From the NCBI GenBank assembly GCA_016710285.1, contig JADJXR010000001.1:2911942-2975941 (forward strand): a stretch of DNA of 64,000 nt. Direction: 5' to 3'. The DNA comes from Chlorobiota bacterium. Lineage in GTDB: Bacteria; Bacteroidota; Ignavibacteria; OLB7. Every line of letters begins with the position of its first letter. Positions within the stretch are counted from its first letter, which is position 1. Shown one piece after another: positions 58,656 through 64,000 of the stretch. The position numbers and the translations under genes were made by a program. The notes beneath the pieces were generated by a model. It was not told the origin of the DNA. It ran no database searches and saw nothing but the letters and a program-made list of their open reading frames with translations.

Positions 58656-59663
58656 CTACTTCTGCGTTGTGCGGGTGGTTATTCCGGCCAGGGTGTTGAA
58701 CTGCCGGCGTGCGTTCCAGCGGCTTTGCTTGATGTGGTAAGCAACTTCGGCGCCGATCAGGAAGACCAGCGCGCTGTAGTAAATCCAAATGGCCGCGGCG
58801 GCAAGGAAGGCGTACGTCCCGTAGATTTTGCCGAAGGTTCGGAACTCAGTTAAATAAAACCCAAACACCTGGCGCGCCACTTCCCACAGCACCGTGCTGG
58901 TGATTGCCCCAACAAGAATGATATGCCGCTGCTGCCGCTGGTACGGCATAAACCGGAAGATGACATAGAACAGCAGAAGCGAAGTTGCCACGCTGATAAC
59001 CCCCGACAGAAATCCATCCAGCCCGGTGATGTTTAGGGTGTTTTCGATTCGGTCGCCGGTGGCCATCACCAGCTGCATGATGGGACCGAACAGGATGCTG
59101 ATGAAGATCAATAAGCCCACCAGCATGATTGCGAAAACATCATAGAGCTTGTAAATCAAGAAGTGCCGTTCCTCGCGGCAGCGAAGCACCCGATTCAGCC
59201 CAAGCCGCATTGAGGCGGCCAGTGCCGACGCGGTCCAAAGCAAACCGATAAAGCCCACCAATCCAGCAATCCCACGGTTCTCAACCAGAACGTTCACCTG
59301 CGTTTTCAAGGTGTCCAGCACCTCCAATCGGCTGTCGCCGGTGACGATGTACTGGGTGACGTAGCGGGTGATCTCCCGCATCACCGATTCGGAATCCAAA
59401 AAGTACCCCAGCGCGAACAGCAGCAGCAACAGCAACGGAACCAGCGACGTGATGATGTTAAACGCAATCCCCGCCGCCAGCATGAAGACGTGGTCCTCAT
59501 CGGTCCGCAGCCCAATGGCATAAACCTGCTTCCACACCCACGTTAGCCACCCTTGAACGCCCCGCGTTTCCGGCAACGAAGCAAGCTGCACCGGCGCGGC
59601 TGCGGGCATGGGTGCCGGCGGTTGCTCTGCTGCTTGCTGGGCTGATGTCGGTTGCGAAGGCAT
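58656..59663 (-). CDS. YihY / virulence factor BrkB family membrane protein
   Basis: 335 aa, about 6 TM segments. AAGIAFNIITSLVPLLLLLL and the C-terminal YYSALVFLIGAEV are typical of the family. Confidence 0.8.
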   Translation of the reverse strand: MPSQPTSAQQAAEQPPAPMPAAAPVQLASLPETRGVQGWLTWVWKQVYAIGLRTDEDHVFMLAAGIAFNIITSLVPLLLLLLFALGYFLDSESVMREITRYVTQYIVTGDSRLEVLDTLKTQVNVLVENRGIAGLVGFIGLLWTASALAASMRLGLNRVLRCREERHFLIYKLYDVFAIMLVGLLIFISILFGPIMQLVMATGDRIENTLNITGLDGFLSGVISVATSLLLFYVIFRFMPYQRQQRHIILVGAITSTVLWEVARQVFGFYLTEFRTFGKIYGTYAFLAAAAIWIYYSALVFLIGAEVAYHIKQSRWNARRQFNTLAGITTRTTQK

Positions 59664-59760
59664 GGATGGAAAGTTGGTTGGGAGAGGGAGAGAGGAAGAA
59701 GCCTGATAGCAAGAAACGATGGATATACTCCGATGGAGCGGGCAGAACCAGATTGCTGCC

Positions 59761-59786
59761 GAAAGAGAAAGAGAGAGAGAGAAAAG
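59761..59786. repeat. purine-only (GA/GAAA)n microsatellite
   Basis: gaaagagaaagagagagagagaaaag is 26 nt of uninterrupted A/G. Confidence 0.8.
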
Positions 59787-59817
59787 CCCGGGGCGGAAGC
59801 GGCAGGCTCGCCCCGGG
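59787..59817 (-). terminator. terminator candidate after the LolA-like gene
   Basis: 9-bp stem cccggggcg / cgccccggg. On the minus strand it is followed by the CT-rich run cttttctctctc. Confidence 0.5.
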
Positions 59818-59870
59818 AATCATTCCGATTATTTCTTCCCTCCAGCGTTCGGTTTCCCAAAGTTCGGCAA

Positions 59871-60524
59871 TTACCGCGACAGATCAATCACCTGCGCCCC
59901 TTTCGGTGGCTGGAAGGTGAACGTGGAGGCTGGCGGACGCAGGTTGTAGTTGGCCGAGACGATGCGGATGGTTGCCTTCCCCAGCGAAGGGCTTGTGACG
60001 GCCACTTGCTGGAATCGGTAGGTCTTTTTATCAATGTACAGGATCGCCTCGGTTACGTCGCCGATGGTGTTGCTGCCGCGTGGCGTGCACCGAACAACCC
60101 ACACATCCCGCTTGTTCACTTTGTCGCTCCCTTTCAGTTCGGTGGCGTAATCGCCCGGGAAGGAGCGAAGGATGTCGTTCGGGGTAAGGCGTCCGCCGCC
60201 GGATGCGGTTTTGGAGATCACCACTTGGTTTGCCGAGCGGTTCCAGGTCCAGGTGGTTGTGCCGTTGCTTACCAGCGTCTGCTTCAAGAACTCAATGGTA
60301 TATCTGTTCCCTTCCCCATACACCAGCGTTCCGTTGATGGTCCCGGCACCCGCGCCGGTCTGCTGGAACGTGATCTTTGCCCCTTTCGTTGTGGCATACA
60401 ACGCCTTGCTTTTGCGGACGATCTCTTGAACGCTTTCCCCCTGCGGTTTCCCCCAACCGATGCTTCCGGCCAAGAGGAGGAACGCAACAATGGGAAGGAG
60501 CGATCTGTTTATTACGCTATTCAT
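59871..60524 (-). CDS. LolA-like outer-membrane lipoprotein carrier / sorting protein
   Basis: ATG at 60524 (MNSVINRSLLPIVAFLLLAGS). KALYATTKGAKITFQQT...GTLVYGEGNRYTIEF...LVSNGTTTWTWN is the LolA-fold pattern. Confidence 0.7.
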   Translation of the reverse strand: MNSVINRSLLPIVAFLLLAGSIGWGKPQGESVQEIVRKSKALYATTKGAKITFQQTGAGAGTINGTLVYGEGNRYTIEFLKQTLVSNGTTTWTWNRSANQVVISKTASGGGRLTPNDILRSFPGDYATELKGSDKVNKRDVWVVRCTPRGSNTIGDVTEAILYIDKKTYRFQQVAVTSPSLGKATIRIVSANYNLRPPASTFTFQPPKGAQVIDLSR

Positions 60525-60672
60525 TTTGGTGCAGTGAGTTTGGTGAAGTTCTGGGAAGCCCCAGTTGGAATCTATCCCGTGGCCCATGACTATTTCGGAA
60601 AGGAGTTGTTTAACAAGTCATCTTGCCCAGTTGCTTCGGCTCCTTCTTCCCCCCCTCCGTCAACGGCTATTG

Positions 60673-60832
60673 CCGCGTCCCCCTGCTTGGCCGCAAGCGG
60701 CTTCGCGTCCCCCCAATGCTGGGAGGAAATGGTTTATAGAAAGATTGCGTTGCTTACTGTTGGCCAGGTTATCGGATGCCAGCCCCTCCCCCAGAATTGG
60801 GGGAGGCGGGGAGGGGGCTGCTGCGTTGGCGG
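60673..60832. repeat. family-2 composite palindromic repeat, copy 2 (inverted relative to 37685..37852)
   Basis: The reverse complement of 60777-60832 matches 37685-37740 with a few mismatches. The reverse complement of 60673-60726 matches 37788-37852. The spacer between the modules differs. Confidence 0.75.
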
Positions 60833-60882
60833 TTCAGTAGGCTCCTCCGTTTCCAATATCACCCCAAGCCATGTGCCGACGC

Positions 60883-63081
60883 TTACAGCCGAACATCCAC
60901 TTGCAGGGTTAGGGAGTTGTTCAGCGGGCCGCGGATTTCTTGCAGGTCACCCTGGCTGATGATTGCGCGGTTGCGGTACCAGGTCTCGCTGTATTTGGCC
61001 GAGATCGTTGCCCACTCGGCCGGCTCCCACTGAACCAGCAGATAGAGCCGTTGGCCCTGGTCGTAGAACGCAAGGTTCGTGAACCTTCCGGGAACGTCCG
61101 ATTCGTACTGATAGACCGCTGCGTCGAAATTATCGCCGTTGAACAGCGTGACCCGCCCGGCAAGGGAAATCGTGGCGATTGGATTCCAGCGAAGGTCCAA
61201 AAACGTGAGCGTTCCGTTGGCCGCTGGGCGCAAGGAGCCATACTCAACATATCGCCGCTCGAACCGCGCACGCAGCCGCAGGCGATCGCCCACCGATGCG
61301 TAGCCAGCTTCGATCCTTCCCGATGCGGTGGTTTTGTCGAACAGGGCGCGGCGTTCTTGGCCCGAGCCATCTTCCAACGTCAGCGCGTCCCCTTTGACCT
61401 CCTGCTTCAACCGGCAGGAGAGGCTGAAGCGTGGGGAAAGCGACCAGTCGAATTGCACCATCCCGTCGGCTCCGTTGATGGGGAAGGGGACGGAGTAGGT
61501 TTGCTGCGGGAATCGGTAGATGTCAAAGTATCCCGAAAGAACGCCACGCGGAACCACCGGAACTTTCACGCCAACATACACCCCGCGCTCGTTCTGTTGC
61601 GCCGTGGGCGACTCCCCAAACCCAACGCCGTGGGGCGTGTAGAAACCGGCATCAACGTTCCGCCCGGCGATTGCAAATTCCGCGTTGTCCACAGTCCCGC
61701 CGATTCCGGCAATCGCGCCAATCTTTCCGTTGCTGCCGCGTGCCGCTTCCCCGAACAGGTAGAATCCCCCAATCAGATAGCGGGCATCAACGCTGAACAG
61801 CTGAAGGTGTTGGCCGGAAAAATCGTGCGAGAAATCGGGTTGGATTGCCACGCTGTAGCGGGAGTCGTAGCCCGTAATTCCAACGTGGCCGTCGCCGAAA
61901 CCGTATCGGGCCGCCGCGCCAAGAACCCGTTCCTCCAGCCCACCGCTTCGGCGCAGCTCGGTGCGGGTACGGCGGTAGCCATCGGTGCCGATGGAGCTTA
62001 CTTGCGACAGCGTATCGCCAACGGCATCCACCACGCGATCGAACGAGGCATCGAACGAACGGTAGGAGCCGAAGACGCTTCCGCTAAGCCCGCGCCGCTT
62101 CCGCCCGGTTTCGTTGAACGTCACCGCGCCACCCCGGAAAAACGCCACCTCCCCCGAGGACCGATACGGGACAATCCCGCGCCCGGCTTTGTAGGGGGCA
62201 TCAACCGCGTCGCCCCCTTTGGTCCCGCCGAAGCTGCTCCAGAGTGCCAGCCCCTGGCCATATTCTGCGGTGAAATCTCCCACAATCAATCGAACAGGGC
62301 CAACCGTTGCCGCGCCGCTTCCGCTGACGAACGCCCCCAGCCGCTGCTGGACGGTCCCCACCGGCTGCGACGGGTCCACAAGCTCATGGCTGGCGTAGCT
62401 GCGCGCCAGTGTGTCGTTGAAGGTGAGCGGCTCGCCGGCATCTTTTTCAAATGTGAGGTTCAGTTCGTGGTCGCCGTAGCGTAAGGTTAGGCGGGTCATC
62501 AACGCATCGCGCAAGCCAAGATAGGAGGGGCCGATGGAGATGGTATCAACCCCCAGCGAGTCGCCCGTGGCGGGGTCGCGGCGGAGAACGCGGCGCAGAA
62601 GGTTATCGCCATATCCCCGCCGTGGCTGAAGGTCGCGGATCCACCGCGAACGAAGCGTGGCCCGCAGCGGAATCGAGGGGTGATCAATCTGGCTCATGGG
62701 CCGGGCAAGGGTGGTGTAGGTTCGCAGGATTGCGCGTTGCGGCTCCGACAGCGTTGGTATCTCCTCAAGCTGTTCAAACTCCACCGGGTTCAGGCTATCA
62801 ACAGCGGTCAGGATTGCCACCGCGTCGTGCAAGGTAATGCCAGGAAGCCGCGACAGCTCATCGGCAGTGGTGGTGTAAAGGTTCATCGGGGCGGTGCGGT
62901 AGCGTTCCAGCTCATCCAAGAACTCGGGGTCCTGGTCGCCTTGCTCGCCGGCATCTTCCACGGTTCGTTCAAGCTCAATTTCCAGCCCATCGGGAACGCC
63001 TTCATCGGCCTGGGCAAAAAGGGATGGCGATGGAGAGAGAAGGATCACCAATCCCGCAAGAATCAAGCGGCGGGCTACCAT
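60883..63081 (-). CDS. large putative outer-membrane protein with N-terminal helix-hairpin-helix (ComEA-like) motif
   Basis: ATG at 63081 (MVARRLILAGLVILLSPSPSLFAQA). TTADELSRLPGITLHDAVAILTAVD is HhH-like. The remaining approx. 600 aa show alternating beta-strand-like patterns. Confidence 0.55.
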   Translation of the reverse strand: MVARRLILAGLVILLSPSPSLFAQADEGVPDGLEIELERTVEDAGEQGDQDPEFLDELERYRTAPMNLYTTTADELSRLPGITLHDAVAILTAVDSLNPVEFEQLEEIPTLSEPQRAILRTYTTLARPMSQIDHPSIPLRATLRSRWIRDLQPRRGYGDNLLRRVLRRDPATGDSLGVDTISIGPSYLGLRDALMTRLTLRYGDHELNLTFEKDAGEPLTFNDTLARSYASHELVDPSQPVGTVQQRLGAFVSGSGAATVGPVRLIVGDFTAEYGQGLALWSSFGGTKGGDAVDAPYKAGRGIVPYRSSGEVAFFRGGAVTFNETGRKRRGLSGSVFGSYRSFDASFDRVVDAVGDTLSQVSSIGTDGYRRTRTELRRSGGLEERVLGAAARYGFGDGHVGITGYDSRYSVAIQPDFSHDFSGQHLQLFSVDARYLIGGFYLFGEAARGSNGKIGAIAGIGGTVDNAEFAIAGRNVDAGFYTPHGVGFGESPTAQQNERGVYVGVKVPVVPRGVLSGYFDIYRFPQQTYSVPFPINGADGMVQFDWSLSPRFSLSCRLKQEVKGDALTLEDGSGQERRALFDKTTASGRIEAGYASVGDRLRLRARFERRYVEYGSLRPAANGTLTFLDLRWNPIATISLAGRVTLFNGDNFDAAVYQYESDVPGRFTNLAFYDQGQRLYLLVQWEPAEWATISAKYSETWYRNRAIISQGDLQEIRGPLNNSLTLQVDVRL

Positions 63082-63920
63082 GCAACCCCCACCCCAACGG
63101 AATGCCGCAAGCCAACGGGGTTCACCCATGCGCCGCCATACTCAATCAGGTACTCGCCGAAGCGATAGCCGAACCCAAGCGAAAGGTTTGTGGGATAGTG
63201 CCCAACCCCGCCGCGCATCATCAATTCCGGAAGGAGCCATGTGGAGAATCCGAGCGAGGTGGTGATGGCATGGCCAATCTGGTTGCTCATGTCAATCGAG
63301 AGCGAGGTAGCGGGCGATAGGTCGAAGGCAAAACCGACGGCAAGGGTTTGCGGCAGTGGTTCGTTGGCAACGGTGGCGCGGGTAAGGTTGGTTGCTGCGC
63401 CACCAATGCGGATTCCCGCTGCCGGGCGCACCAGCAACCCAACGTCGAGCGTTGGGGCAACGGCGGATCCGTAGCTCTCAATATTCACCGAGTTCAAGGC
63501 GATTGCCGCGCCAAGCGTGATAAACCGATCGGGAGAAAATGCGACCATCCCGCCGCCGCGAACCTGCCGGTAGGTTGCCGCGCTCAATCCCTCAAGGTTC
63601 ACCCCAACGTTGAAGGTGGAATCCAACGGCAATGTGGCAAGAAGGCTGCCGTCAACATAACCGGCAATGCCAAGCGAAGAAGGGGAGGCGCTGGCATGAA
63701 GCCGCCGCCCGACGGTTCCGGCCAATGCCGGGTTCACGCGGGCAAACGGAAGCTCACCCGCGCGCGCAGCCCCCGATCCGGCCAGCGCAATTTCGGTGGA
63801 GCTTGGCGCAACGGGTAGTTGGGCAAACGCTATCTTGCCAACCAGAAACAATGCGGCAACAATCCACCCCTTTTTCCGGTGGAGCGGCTTCAGTAGATTC
63901 GGGCATTGAGGACAGGGCAT
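63075..63920 (-). CDS. putative outer-membrane beta-barrel protein, PorV/PorQ-like
   Basis: Signal peptide WIVAALFLVGKIAFAQ. ALAGSGAARAGELPFARVNPALAG resembles the N-terminal motif of PorV/PorQ-type barrels. The stop overlaps the downstream start by 7 nt. Confidence 0.45.
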   Translation of the reverse strand: MPCPQCPNLLKPLHRKKGWIVAALFLVGKIAFAQLPVAPSSTEIALAGSGAARAGELPFARVNPALAGTVGRRLHASASPSSLGIAGYVDGSLLATLPLDSTFNVGVNLEGLSAATYRQVRGGGMVAFSPDRFITLGAAIALNSVNIESYGSAVAPTLDVGLLVRPAAGIRIGGAATNLTRATVANEPLPQTLAVGFAFDLSPATSLSIDMSNQIGHAITTSLGFSTWLLPELMMRGGVGHYPTNLSLGFGYRFGEYLIEYGGAWVNPVGLRHSVGVGVAW

Positions 63921-64000
63921 ACGGAATCTTCAAGATCGGTTGATAGGAGCCGGAGAGTGGTGGGGCCAAACGTCAGCCGCAGAAAGGGGGAATTGTGATT

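Noticed and set aside
58628-58660. Hairpin agtagcg-N19-cgctact between hbd and the YihY gene, possibly a degenerate family-1 repeat or convergent terminator.
   Set aside because: The stem is only 7 bp with a large loop, it overlaps the YihY stop codon, there is no T-run, and similarity to family-1 modules is limited to gtagcgg. This is too weak to call.

Overview
High-GC (about 60% in the lines I counted) bacterial chromosomal segment. It is probably from an FCB-group organism (Bacteroidota / Ignavibacteriota / Kapabacteria-like), judging from several T9SS C-terminal sorting domains, a DUF4295 gene and a b558-type succinate dehydrogenase operon. The backbone is housekeeping: gyrA, tRNA-Leu(CAA), rpmE-rpsR, sdhCAB, pyrH-frr, trxB, acs, gcvP and hbd. 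Accessory content sits between these genes. It includes three giant (1111-1640 aa) T9SS-sorted surface proteins, two of which share a roughly 95% identical 3' end plus terminator. It also includes a DUF1800-DUF1501 pair, two paralogous OmpA-type proteins, a STAND-like ATPase with a C-terminal SARP/BTAD module next to an ECF sigma/anti-sigma pair, an AAC(3)/kinase-like/GNAT/amidohydrolase cluster, and an eSTK-PP2C operon. Two families of modular palindromic intergenic repeats are dispersed through the window. The best candidate for an undescribed system is a sharply AT-rich 1.8 kb islet (about 52.1-53.9 kb) bracketed by terminator hairpins. It carries two translationally coupled genes, a HipA-like kinase-fold protein and a DUF3037-like protein, with no HipB-type partner, which suggests a non-canonical kinase toxin-antitoxin or abortive-infection module. 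No CRISPR array, rRNA, transposase or integrase was recognised. All family assignments rest on motif recognition by eye, not on database searches.
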